Made by a program: the position numbers and the translations under genes
In this document: piece by piece, positions 51,458-60,857 of the stretch
Numbering within the stretch: position 1 is the first letter of the stretch
How the letters are laid out: each line of letters opens with the position of its first letter
Source: Pseudomonadota bacterium
GTDB lineage: Bacteria > Pseudomonadota > Alphaproteobacteria > Sphingomonadales > Sphingomonadaceae
DNA: 64,000 nucleotides
Reading direction: 5' to 3'
Assembly: GCA_021849075.1 (NCBI GenBank)
Contig: JAJZTH010000016.1
Location: forward strand, 1,505 to 65,504
The notes under the pieces: model-generated
The model's input: the letters and a program-made list of their open reading frames with translations, nothing else
What the model was told of the DNA's origin: nothing
Databases searched by the model: none

Positions 51458-52705
51458 TTACCACCGTGTTTCAAACTTGTTGCGCAGGTAGATGGCGAGG
51501 CCGTTCATCGCGAGCAGGAAGACCAGCAATACGATGATCGCGGCGGATGTCTTTTCGACAAAGCCCTTGGAGACTTCGTCCGACCAGAGGAAAATCTGCA
51601 CCGGCAGCACGGTCGCAGGATCGGTGATCCCACCCGGCGGCGTGGCGATGAAGGCGCGCATGCCGATCATCAGCAGCGGCGCCGTTTCGCCCAGCGCGCG
51701 GGCCATGCCGATGATGGTGCCGGTCAGGATGCCGGGCAGGGCCAGCGGCAGCACATGCTGGAACACCACCTGTACCGGCGAAGCGCCGATGCCCAGCGCT
51801 GCGTCGCGGATGCTGGGCGGCACCGCCTTGATGGCGTTGCGCCCGGCGATGACGATGACCGGCATCGTCATCAGCGCCAGCGTCATGCCGCCGATCAGCG
51901 CGGCCGACCGGGGCAGATGCAGGAAGTTGAGGAAGATTGACAGGCCCAGCAGACCAAAGATGATCGAGGGGACGGCGGCCAGATTGTTGATCGACACTTC
52001 GATAATGTCGGTCCACCACGCCTTGGGCGCATATTCCTCCAAATAGAGGGCCGTGGCCACGCCGACCGGGAAGCTGAGCAGCAGCGTCACCAGCATCGTC
52101 AGCAACGACCCCTTGAACGCGCCCCAGATGCCGACCTGCGTCGGATCGGTGCCGTCGCTGGCGATCAGGAAATTCCAGTTGATGCCAGTCGACAGTACGC
52201 CCTGTTGCTTCAGCCGCGCGACTTCCGCCTCGGCCTCCGGCGATCCCTTGCTCTTGGCGGCCAGGTCGATCGCGGTCGATGCGGGGACGCTGATCGTTTC
52301 GGTGCGGCCCAAAATCTTGGGATCGGCCTTGATCGCGTCGCGAATGCTGATCCAGGCGGTGGGCGACAGCAGCACATCGGCGTCGCCACCCAGCGCCTTC
52401 TTCGCCACTTCGCCCGTCACCATCGGCAGATTGGCGTTCGCCAGTGCCTCATCGGTGATCGCATTGGGATCGAGCAGCAGCGGAGAGGCCGGGAAGTCGA
52501 CCTGCAACGCAATCTCGGTCCGGGTAAAGCCGCGCAGGCCATTGCCCATCATGGTGAAGAGCAGGAAGGCGAGGAAGGCGGCGGACAAAGCGACGGCGGC
52601 CAGACCGGCCAGCTTGAAGCGGCGCTCGGCGGCATAGCGCCGGGCGATCCGCTTGCGCATCGCATCCGACTTCCAATCGGTGGGGAGACGTTGAGCGGTA
52701 CTCAT
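51458..52705 (-). CDS. pstA: Phosphate ABC transporter permease
   Basis: [26 protein letters not shown]. Confidence 0.96.
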   Translation of the reverse strand: MSTAQRLPTDWKSDAMRKRIARRYAAERRFKLAGLAAVALSAAFLAFLLFTMMGNGLRGFTRTEIALQVDFPASPLLLDPNAITDEALANANLPMVTGEVAKKALGGDADVLLSPTAWISIRDAIKADPKILGRTETISVPASTAIDLAAKSKGSPEAEAEVARLKQQGVLSTGINWNFLIASDGTDPTQVGIWGAFKGSLLTMLVTLLLSFPVGVATALYLEEYAPKAWWTDIIEVSINNLAAVPSIIFGLLGLSIFLNFLHLPRSAALIGGMTLALMTMPVIVIAGRNAIKAVPPSIRDAALGIGASPVQVVFQHVLPLALPGILTGTIIGMARALGETAPLLMIGMRAFIATPPGGITDPATVLPVQIFLWSDEVSKGFVEKTSAAIIVLLVFLLAMNGLAIYLRNKFETRW

Positions 52706-54096
52706 TCGTAAGCCTCGCGATATTTCTTCACGACCCGCAGGGCCACGATGTTGAGCAGCAGGGTGACGATGAACAGCACCAGCCCCAGCGCGAAGGCGGC
52801 CAGCGTCTTGGCGCTGTCAAATTCCTGATCGCCGGTCAGCAACTGGACGATCTGGGTCGTCACCGTGGTCACGCTGGCGAAGGGATTGGCAGTCATGTTG
52901 GCGGCCAGACCAGCCGCCATCACCACGATCATGGTTTCGCCGATCGCGCGGCTGACAGCCAGCAGCACGCCGCCGACAACGCCGGGCAGCGCGGCGGGAA
53001 TAAGGACGCGGGTGATCGTCTCGCTGGTCGTCGCGCCCATCGCCAGGCTGCCGTCGCGCATCGATTGCGGCACGGCGGCGATGCTGTCGTCGGCCATGGA
53101 GGACACGAACGGGATGATCATCACGCCCATCACCAGGCCGGCCGCCAGCGCGCTTTCCGAAGACGCGCCATGGATGCCGACCGACACGGCCAGATCGCGC
53201 AGCGCCGGGGCCACGGTCAGCGCGGCGAAATAACCGTAGACGACCGTGGGAACGCCCGCGAGGACTTCCAGGATCGGCTTCATCCATTTGCGCACGGTCG
53301 CACTGGCATATTGGGTCAGATAGACCGCGCTCATCAGGCCCAGCGGGATCGCCACGATCATGGCGATGATCGCGCCGATGAAGATGGTGCCCCAGAAGAG
53401 CGGCACCGCGCCGAACGCATCGTCATTGCCATATCCCATGGCGGCCGACTGCGGCGACCATTTCAGGCCGAACAGGAAGTCGACGGGGTTCACCATGGAG
53501 AAGAAGCGGAAGCTTTCCCACAGCAGCGACGCGACGATGCCCAGCGTGGTGACGATGGCCAGCAGCGATGCGACCAGCAGGGTCGCCATCACCAGCCGTT
53601 CGACCCGCGTGCGCGCCCGGAAATCGGGGCGGACGCGGGTGAAGGCGTAAGCGCCGCCGGCAAAGGCCAGGATCAGCGCCAGCGCCGCGCCGGCCACGCC
53701 ATAGCTGTTGAGCGCCGCGCGATAGGGTTCGACCAGCGCCTGAGAGGCCGGGTTGAAGGCCCCGGCCTGCAATCCCGTCGCGATCGCCCGCGCCTCGCCA
53801 AGGATGGCGGAGCGGGAGAAGGCGTCGGCGGGCAGGGCCTGCGCCGCCGGATCGGCGAGCACGGCCTGCGTCACCAGCCCGGGCGACACATTGGCCCACA
53901 CGGCCAGAAACAGGCCGGCGGGGATCAGCGTCCACAGCGCGACATACCAGCCATGATAGCCGGGCAGCGAGTGGACGGCGTCGCGACGCCCGGTTTCGCG
54001 CGCGGCGGTCTGTAACCGCAGCGCGCGGGCGCGAGCGCTGACCCAGGCGATGGCGCCCAGGCCCGCGAGCAGCAGGAAGATTGCAGGTCCGGTCAT
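52702..54096 (-). CDS. pstC: Phosphate ABC transporter permease
   Basis: LAGVPTVVYG and SRAIGETM. Confidence 0.96.
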   Translation of the reverse strand: MTGPAIFLLLAGLGAIAWVSARARALRLQTAARETGRRDAVHSLPGYHGWYVALWTLIPAGLFLAVWANVSPGLVTQAVLADPAAQALPADAFSRSAILGEARAIATGLQAGAFNPASQALVEPYRAALNSYGVAGAALALILAFAGGAYAFTRVRPDFRARTRVERLVMATLLVASLLAIVTTLGIVASLLWESFRFFSMVNPVDFLFGLKWSPQSAAMGYGNDDAFGAVPLFWGTIFIGAIIAMIVAIPLGLMSAVYLTQYASATVRKWMKPILEVLAGVPTVVYGYFAALTVAPALRDLAVSVGIHGASSESALAAGLVMGVMIIPFVSSMADDSIAAVPQSMRDGSLAMGATTSETITRVLIPAALPGVVGGVLLAVSRAIGETMIVVMAAGLAANMTANPFASVTTVTTQIVQLLTGDQEFDSAKTLAAFALGLVLFIVTLLLNIVALRVVKKYREAYE

Positions 54097-54107
54097 TACA
54101 CCTTCGC

Positions 54108-55172
54108 TTATTTGAGGTCGGAACCGTCGAGCACGGTCAGCGACTTGACCGTTTCGGCGCTTTTCTTGCGCACATCTTCCGGGGCCGCGACCATGCCGCG
54201 CTTGGTCAGCGCGCCGTCGGGACTCCAGTTGGCGGCGAAGCTGTTGAGGTACGCCTGAAGGCCCGGAATGGCCGTCATATGCGCCTTCTTCACATAGATG
54301 TAGAGCGGGCGCGCGCCGGGATATTGGCCCGTCGACACCGTTTCATAGGTCGCCTGAATGCCGTTGATCGGCACGTCGTTCAGCGTGTCCTTATTTTCCT
54401 CCAGGAAGCTGTAGCCGAACACGCCGACGGCGTTGGGATTGGCGTTCAGCTTCTGGACGATCAGATTGTCATTTTCGCCCGAATCCACATATTTGCCGTC
54501 TTCACGGATGCGGGTGCAGGTCGCCTTATATTCGTCTTCGCTCTTTTCCTTCAGCGCCTTCATCGCTTCGTCCGACTGGCATCCCTTTTCCAGGATCAGT
54601 TCGGCAAGCGAATCGCGCGTGCCGCTGGTCGATGGCGGGCCGAAGACGGAAATGGCGATCGCCGGCAGGCTGGGGTCCACATCCTTCCAGGTCTGGGCCT
54701 TGTTCGGACCCTTGCCATAGGGATTGGCGGCCAGCGCTTCATAAACGATCTTGGGGGTCAGCTTCAGGCCCGGACCCTTTTTCGATTCGGCAAAGGCCAG
54801 GCCGTCGACGCCGATCTGGATTTCGATGATGTCCTTGACGCCATTGGCCTGGCACTGTTCGAATTCCGACTTCTTGATGCGGCGCGATGCGTCTTCAATG
54901 TCGGGATGCTGGGCGCCCACGCCCGCGCAGAACAGCTTCATGCCGCCGCCGGTGCCGGTCGATTCGACGATCGGCGACTTCATGCCGGCATTGCCCTGCA
55001 CGAACAGTTCGGCGACCGCCGTGGCGAAGGGGTAGACGGTCGAGGAGCCGACCGCGCGGATCTGATCGCGGGTCGCGCCGGCGCCGCCGGTCTGGTCGCC
55101 GCATGCGGCAAGGCTGAAAACACTCGCGGTCGTGGCGGCGAGCAGGGCGAACTTCTTCACGGGAACCTCCAT
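54108..55172 (-). CDS. pstS: Phosphate-binding lipoprotein
   Basis: Lipobox LAAC, GSSTVYP, STGTGGG, SGTRD; alternative GTG start at 55160. Confidence 0.96.
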   Translation of the reverse strand: MEVPVKKFALLAATTASVFSLAACGDQTGGAGATRDQIRAVGSSTVYPFATAVAELFVQGNAGMKSPIVESTGTGGGMKLFCAGVGAQHPDIEDASRRIKKSEFEQCQANGVKDIIEIQIGVDGLAFAESKKGPGLKLTPKIVYEALAANPYGKGPNKAQTWKDVDPSLPAIAISVFGPPSTSGTRDSLAELILEKGCQSDEAMKALKEKSEDEYKATCTRIREDGKYVDSGENDNLIVQKLNANPNAVGVFGYSFLEENKDTLNDVPINGIQATYETVSTGQYPGARPLYIYVKKAHMTAIPGLQAYLNSFAANWSPDGALTKRGMVAAPEDVRKKSAETVKSLTVLDGSDLK

Positions 55173-55243
55173 ACATCAAGGCCGCGATTCGCAAGTCGCC
55201 GCCCCCCTGTGGAAGCGCCCTAGTCGCGGACCATCGCGCCTTT

Positions 55244-55270
55244 GTGACAGTCAGGTTTCCTTTTTATGAC
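55244..55270 (-). promoter_or_regulatory. Pho box upstream of pstS
   Basis: Minus strand GTCAT-N6-GAAAC-N6-GTCAC, 11-bp period, overlapping the phoR stop. Confidence 0.75.
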
Positions 55271-56553
55271 ACTGTCCCGGAAAGCGCGGAAGGACGCTTT
55301 TTCTCGTCGATTTTTCCCTGCTGCTCTTCCACCGGGGGGGGCAGCAATACGGTGATGGTCGTGCCCTTGCCCAATGTGCTGGCGATGTCGAAACGGCCGC
55401 GATGCCGTTCCACAATATGTTTGACGATGGCCAGGCCCAGGCCGGTGCCGCCCATCGCACGGCTGCGGCCCGAATCGACGCGATAGAAACGCTCGGTCAG
55501 GCGGGGCAGATGATCGGGACCAATGCCTTCGCCTTCATCCGCCACGGTCAGCCGGGTCATGCCGCTCGGCCCCTCGTTCAGCGTCACGCGGATCGGCGTG
55601 CCGGGGCGGCCATATTTCACCGAATTGCCGATCAGATTGTGCAGCAGTTGCGACAATTGCGCGCGGTCGCCCTGTACGCCGGGCAGGCGCGGCGCGATGT
55701 CCATCTCCACCTCGCGGCCCCGGTCGCCATGGCTGGACCGGAACACGCCGACGACCTCGGCCGTCAGCTCGGACAGGTCGACCCGCGCGTCGGGCAGGCG
55801 ATATTTTTCCGATTCGATCCGGCTCAGCGAAATCAGATCGTCGATCAGGCGCTGCATCCGCCGCGCTTCCCGATCCATGATCGTCAGGAAGCGCTGGCGC
55901 GTTTCATCTTCCTTGCCCAATTCGGGGTCGGCCAGCGTTTCGATAAAGCCCAATATCCCGGCCAGCGGCGTGCGCAGTTCATGACTGGCGTTGGCGACGA
56001 AATCGACCCGCATCCGCTCGGCCGCATGGGTGCCGCTATGATCGACCAGATGGACCAGCCGGCGCATGTCATCGACCGCGCCGACCGGAGCGACGCGCAT
56101 CTGCCAGCGCTGGTCGCGCGCGCCCAGGCCCACCAGTTCGATCATGATCGGTTCGGCCAGCGGCGCCAGGCTGGCCAGCCGTTCGGCGGCGGCGGGGTGG
56201 CGGATCGCGATGCGCGCATCCTCGCCCTCTATATGTGCGCCGAGCAGGCGTTGCGCCGCCAGGTTCGCGCGCGCGATCCGGCCCTTTTCCACCAGCATCA
56301 GCGGATCGGAAATGCCCTCCAGCAGGCTGGCGAAATCGGGATGGGCGATCAGGTCGGGCTGATCTTGTATGACGGCGATTTCTTGCGCAGGGCGCAGGCC
56401 CGCGTCGCCTGATGTAATGATCAGCACCAGCACGCCCGCCAGCACCGGCAGGGCGATGCCGATCGGATTCGCGCCCAGCATCAGGGCGCCGCCGGTGCCC
56501 AGCATCAACATGGCGAGCGAGGCGGTAATCTGGGAAATACTAAGGCGATTCAT
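55264..56553 (-). CDS. phoR: Phosphate sensor histidine kinase
   Basis: DFVANASHELRTP, RLTERFYRVD, GTGLGLAIVKH; start uncertain (56553 or 56562). Confidence 0.95.
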   Translation of the reverse strand: MNRLSISQITASLAMLMLGTGGALMLGANPIGIALPVLAGVLVLIITSGDAGLRPAQEIAVIQDQPDLIAHPDFASLLEGISDPLMLVEKGRIARANLAAQRLLGAHIEGEDARIAIRHPAAAERLASLAPLAEPIMIELVGLGARDQRWQMRVAPVGAVDDMRRLVHLVDHSGTHAAERMRVDFVANASHELRTPLAGILGFIETLADPELGKEDETRQRFLTIMDREARRMQRLIDDLISLSRIESEKYRLPDARVDLSELTAEVVGVFRSSHGDRGREVEMDIAPRLPGVQGDRAQLSQLLHNLIGNSVKYGRPGTPIRVTLNEGPSGMTRLTVADEGEGIGPDHLPRLTERFYRVDSGRSRAMGGTGLGLAIVKHIVERHRGRFDIASTLGKGTTITVLLPPPVEEQQGKIDEKKRPSALSGTVS

Positions 56554-56653
56554 AGTTACCATGCTGGATTTGTCGGCGATTAGCTGCGATATACGCCCCC
56601 AATAGCGTGCAATCTTTACGCTTTGGCAAGCGCAGGATGCGAAACGGGAAAAG

Positions 56654-57106
56654 ATGAGCGACACGACGCCCGAACAGGATGGTGCCGGCCCCCGCGATGA
56701 AGCGGGTCGCGCCGACGCGCCTTCGTTGACGCCGTCTTCGCTGACGCCATCGCGGCGTCAGTTGCTGATGGGCGGTGCGGTCGCGGCCTCGGCGATCGTG
56801 TCGATCCGTCCGGCGCTGGCCAATACGGCCGCTTCCGTGCTCAACTGCACCATTCCTGTGCCCGATCAGGGGCGTTCGGGTAATTATATCGCGCCCAACG
56901 GTCAACTAGTCCCCGCCGGTACGCCCGGCGCCTTCTCCGGCACCGGTCGCAGCTTCACTGGCGAACAGGTGAAGCAGGCGATTCGCGGTCGTCCGTTGCC
57001 CGGCACCAGCTACGACCAGAACCAAGCCTATTTGAACTATATCCGCCGGCTTCAGCGGGGGACGAGCGGCTTTACCTGCTACGCCTCGCTCCAGATGCCG
57101 CGCTAA
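56654..57106 (+). CDS. Small Tat-signal protein, candidate substrate of the HPr-rel-A locus
   Basis: SRRQLL, hydrophobic stretch and ALA cleavage site; two Cys, Ser/Thr-rich; substrate role is inference. Confidence 0.75.
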   Translation: MSDTTPEQDGAGPRDEAGRADAPSLTPSSLTPSRRQLLMGGAVAASAIVSIRPALANTAASVLNCTIPVPDQGRSGNYIAPNGQLVPAGTPGAFSGTGRSFTGEQVKQAIRGRPLPGTSYDQNQAYLNYIRRLQRGTSGFTCYASLQMPR

Positions 57107-57278
57107 GAGTCCGTTTGGGAATGCGCATCTGGCGCATCCGCACCGGCCCATTCAAACGAGGCACGTGACTCGCTTGAACCCACCCGACCGCCCAGTGATG
57201 GTATCCTGATGGGTGGTCGGGTGGGGGCGTGGGCCGGTGCCGCCACGAAAATGCGCTCTGTCGCGCATTTTCCAAATA
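57107..57278. mobile_element. MITE-like nested-palindrome element
   Basis: Terminal IRs tttgggaatgcgc / gcgcattttccaaa, internal IRs, flanking 9-bp direct repeat CCGCGCTAA. Confidence 0.65.
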
Positions 57279-57384
57279 CCGCGCTAAACCGTTCATCTGT
57301 CGCGTAACGAATTGAACGCATACGGAATGTCTGCGTTGACGTCGTCCAAGCTGCAACGATCGCAGGTTGAGACAAGGGTTACGC

Positions 57385-58533
57385 ATGGTCCAGTTCGGGC
57401 GCGCATTTTCGGTGGCGGTCTATCTCTATCGTCCGGGGGACGGGGGGCTTGATCGGGTTGCGATCCTGCTCGCCAATCATCTGTTGCGGCGCGGCGTGCC
57501 GGTCGAACTGTGGATGGCGCATCTCGATGGCCCGGCCGAGCATCTGATCGATCCCGCGCTGACGGTGCGCCGTGTGGCCTGTCCGGGTGGAGAGCGTCGC
57601 CTGTCGATGATCGGGCAGTTTCCCGCGCTGGCCGCCATGGTGCGGCGGCACCGGCCCGACATTCTCTATTCCGCCGGCAATCAGAGCAATATGCTGGTGG
57701 CGCTGGCCGCATTGGGCAGTGGCACCCGCGCGGTCGGCCGCATTTCCAACCCGATCGTGCGGCCCGGCCAGCAGGGCATGGGGGCTTGGGCGCGGCTCGC
57801 CAAATTCCGCACGATCGCGCGCCTGAGCGCTCTCACCATCGTCATGGGCGAGCATGATCGGGCGCTGCTGGCGGACAGTGGGAATGCGCGCCTGCTGCCG
57901 CGCCCGACCGTCACCGCTGCGATGGAGCAGGCGCAGGCCGCGCGGCCCGCCCGTACCGGCAACCGGCCGCATCATCTGCTGATGGTCGGGCGGCTGGCCG
58001 CGCAAAAGGATCAGGCGACGGCGCTGGCCGCGCTCGCGCGTCTGCCGCATCTCGACTGGCGGCTGACCATCGCCGGGCAGGGACCGTTGCTGGGCGCGCT
58101 GCGGGGCCGGTGCGACGCGCTGGGCATTGCCGACCGGGTCGATTTCGTCGGCTATGTCGGCTGCCCGGATGCGCTGGCGGGGCTGATGGGCGCGGCGGAC
58201 CTGCTGATCCAGCCGTCCCGCTGGGAGGGGTTGTGCGCCACATTGATCGAGGCGCTGGCCTGCGGCGCGCAGGTGGTGGCGACCGATTCAACCCCCAATA
58301 TCCGTTCGATCCTGTCCGACGCCGGCCAGCATCCGCCAGTGCCGGTGGGCGATGCGGCTGCACTCGCCCGCGCGATCGAGCGCAGCCTGGCCCAGCCAGT
58401 CCCCGCCGTCCGCCTGGTCGAAGCAGTGCGCGACCACGGCGTCGACCGCGCGCTCGACCGTTACCTGCGTGCATTCGAATCGCTGGCCGGCACGCCCGCC
58501 AAGCAGGGACGGCCATCGCCAGCCTTGTCCTGA
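57385..58533 (+). CDS. GT4 (GT-B fold) glycosyltransferase
   Basis: GGLDR, VGRLAAQKD, IAGQGP, PSRWEGLCATLIEA (Ex7E motif). Confidence 0.9.
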   Translation: MVQFGRAFSVAVYLYRPGDGGLDRVAILLANHLLRRGVPVELWMAHLDGPAEHLIDPALTVRRVACPGGERRLSMIGQFPALAAMVRRHRPDILYSAGNQSNMLVALAALGSGTRAVGRISNPIVRPGQQGMGAWARLAKFRTIARLSALTIVMGEHDRALLADSGNARLLPRPTVTAAMEQAQAARPARTGNRPHHLLMVGRLAAQKDQATALAALARLPHLDWRLTIAGQGPLLGALRGRCDALGIADRVDFVGYVGCPDALAGLMGAADLLIQPSRWEGLCATLIEALACGAQVVATDSTPNIRSILSDAGQHPPVPVGDAAALARAIERSLAQPVPAVRLVEAVRDHGVDRALDRYLRAFESLAGTPAKQGRPSPALS

Positions 58534-58601
58534 TGCGTTAGGGACTTGGCTACGACTTTCCCCGATAGAGCGAAGGGAGCAGTCGAAGGAAGGCCCCGGA
58601 T

Positions 58602-58889
58602 TTGGACGCGACACCCCGTTATCGCCGGGACTCATCGGATGCAGTGGCGTCCTGCACGCTCGACGATCTCGTCCTTCTCTATCATCGCCGCTCGGGCCAG
58701 ACCCATATGGTGATCAGCCCGGTGCCGGAGATATTGGCGCAAATGGCCGATGGCGCGGCGCTCAGCGCGGGCGATGTGCATGACCGGCTGGCCCGCGATT
58801 TCGATCTCGGTCCGCAGGATGAAGCCATGGTGGAGATCGCCGCGCATCTCGATGCGCTGGTCGCGCTGGGGCTGGTGCGCCGGACATGA
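58602..58889 (+). CDS. PqqD-family peptide chaperone/RRE (HPr-rel-A type)
   Basis: 95 aa; LVLLYHRRSGQTH strands plus helices ending LDALVALGLV; TTG start after GAAGG. Confidence 0.88.
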   Translation: MDATPRYRRDSSDAVASCTLDDLVLLYHRRSGQTHMVISPVPEILAQMADGAALSAGDVHDRLARDFDLGPQDEAMVEIAAHLDALVALGLVRRT

Positions 58890-59749
58890 GGCACGCCATC
58901 ACCCTGCGCATCGGCCCTGCGACCTTCCGCATCGGGTCCGCCTGGTCCCAGCCGATCGCACAGCTGCGCCGGCTCTACGCCGCCTATCCCGATGTCGACG
59001 GCGCGATCGCCGATTTCACCGTTCGGCTTCAGCCGACCAGCCTGCTGCGCCGTTTCCTGCGCCCCTCCATCTTCATCACCGGCGATCATGGCCTGGCCGA
59101 CGCCGCGCCGATGAGCCTGGCCCATGGGCTGCTGGCGGCGGAAATGGGGATGAATCTGCAAATGGCGCTGGGCTGGCGTCGGCACCTGCTGCTCCATGCG
59201 TCGAGCGTGGAGAAGAACGGCCGCGTGCTGGTGATGACCGGCGAATCGGGATCGGGCAAATCCACGCTGGCGGCCTTGCTGGGGGAGCGGGGATGGCGCT
59301 TCATGGGCGATGAATTTGCCCTGCTCGATCTGCAAAGTGGCGCGATCCTGCCCTTTCCGCGCCTCGTCAGCCTCAAAAATCAGGCGATCGGCGTCGTCGC
59401 GGATGCCGTAGGGGATGCGCGGATGGGACCGCTGCTCGCCGCCACGGCGAAGGGCGACATTCGCCACATGATGCCGCGCGCGGACGCCGTCGCCCGCATG
59501 GATCAGGGCGGCATGCCCGCTTTGCTGCTCTTCCCCCGTTTCGGTCATGAGGCAGCGGTGCGCGAACTGGGGCAGGGCGAAATCTTCATGCGCCTGACGC
59601 AGGCGTCGACCAACTATGTCACGTTGGGCGAGCCGGCCTTTGCGGGCCTGACTCGTTTCGTCACCGCCGTTCCCGCCCGCGCCATCGACTTTCCCTCGGG
59701 CGAAGCAGCCTTCGCCATGGTCGATCGCCTGTGGGAGGAACTGGCATGA
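58886..59749 (+). CDS. HprK-related kinase A
   Basis: LLLHASSV, Walker A GESGSGKST, WRFMGDE, PRLVSLKN; ATGA coupling to the PqqD gene. Confidence 0.9.
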   Translation: MRHAITLRIGPATFRIGSAWSQPIAQLRRLYAAYPDVDGAIADFTVRLQPTSLLRRFLRPSIFITGDHGLADAAPMSLAHGLLAAEMGMNLQMALGWRRHLLLHASSVEKNGRVLVMTGESGSGKSTLAALLGERGWRFMGDEFALLDLQSGAILPFPRLVSLKNQAIGVVADAVGDARMGPLLAATAKGDIRHMMPRADAVARMDQGGMPALLLFPRFGHEAAVRELGQGEIFMRLTQASTNYVTLGEPAFAGLTRFVTAVPARAIDFPSGEAAFAMVDRLWEELA

Positions 59750-60735
59750 GCGCCGCGTTGCTGGTCCGGGCGCTGCGCGATCCCGCCTGCGTCGCCGGGC
59801 TGGATGCGTCGGGGTGGAACGGCTTGATCGCGGCTGCGCGGGCCGAACGGCTGATCGCCACGCTTGCCCATCGGCTGGACTCGGCCCATATCCCGGCGTC
59901 GGTGCGCCCGATCCTGACCGATGCGAAGGCCGACGCCGCGCGCGAAGCGCAACAGGCCCTGTGGGAGGCGGATCGCGCCGCGCTGGCGTTGGACGGCCTT
60001 GATGTGCGCGTGGTGTTGCTCAAGGGCACGGCCTATGTCGCGGGCGCGCTGGCGGCGGGGCAGGGGCGCTTCATTGGCGATCTCGACATTCTGGTGCCGC
60101 GCGACGCGATGCCGGCGGTGGAAAAGGCGCTGATCGCGGCCGGCTGGGAATGGGTGAAGGAAGACGCCTATGACGACGCCTATTATCGCCAATGGATGCA
60201 TGAACTGCCGCCGATGATCCATGTCGATCGCGACCGGATGATCGATGTGCATCACACCGTCCTGCCGTTGACCGCACGCCAGACGCCGGACGCCGCCGCG
60301 ATGATCGCCGACGCCATTCCCATGGCCAATGGGTTATATATATTGTCGGCCGAAGACCGCATCGTCCATTCGGTCGCCCATATGCTGGCCGATGGCGACA
60401 TGCAGGGCGGCCTGCGCAATCTGTGGGACATATACTGCCTGCTGCCCGACGCCGATCCCGCCGCATTGGCGGCGCGCGCGCAGCGCCACGGTCTGGCGCA
60501 TCATGTCGCACAGGCGCGCCGGCTGGCTACCGCCCTCTATGGCGATGGCGCAGCGCTGACCCTGTGGGACCGGCTGGTGCGCATGCGGCTGCTGGCGCGT
60601 GACGGCTGGGGCCGGGAAACGCGCAAAGCGCTGGTCTTCGCTTTCTATGTCCGCTCCCACTGGCTGCGCATGCCGCCGCTGATGCTGGCCCGCCATCTGT
60701 GGACCAAATGGCGCAAGGGGCATCGCCCGCAGTGA
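59746..60735 (+). CDS. Nucleotidyltransferase family protein (NTP_transf_5-like)
   Basis: VLLKG...RFIGDLDILV and IDVHH; ATGA coupling to the kinase. Confidence 0.88.
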   Translation: MSAALLVRALRDPACVAGLDASGWNGLIAAARAERLIATLAHRLDSAHIPASVRPILTDAKADAAREAQQALWEADRAALALDGLDVRVVLLKGTAYVAGALAAGQGRFIGDLDILVPRDAMPAVEKALIAAGWEWVKEDAYDDAYYRQWMHELPPMIHVDRDRMIDVHHTVLPLTARQTPDAAAMIADAIPMANGLYILSAEDRIVHSVAHMLADGDMQGGLRNLWDIYCLLPDADPAALAARAQRHGLAHHVAQARRLATALYGDGAALTLWDRLVRMRLLARDGWGRETRKALVFAFYVRSHWLRMPPLMLARHLWTKWRKGHRPQ

Positions 60736-60857
60736 AAGTTACACGATAGCGTCGCTTCCATGACTCGCACTGACTTCCAACCTTAACCGCGCCGCCACGG
60801 CCGCGACATGGGGCTGACCCACGACCGGGCTAATAAGCGGGGCGGGGGTCTGAAATC

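Noticed and set aside
56654..60735. Lasso peptide or PQQ biosynthesis cluster
   Set aside because: No asparagine-synthetase-like cyclase, B2 peptidase, pqqBCE or lasso-type precursor.
60736..60857. Pho box upstream of the EEP gene
   Set aside because: GTTAC/GTCGC-like words are not at a convincing 11-bp period.
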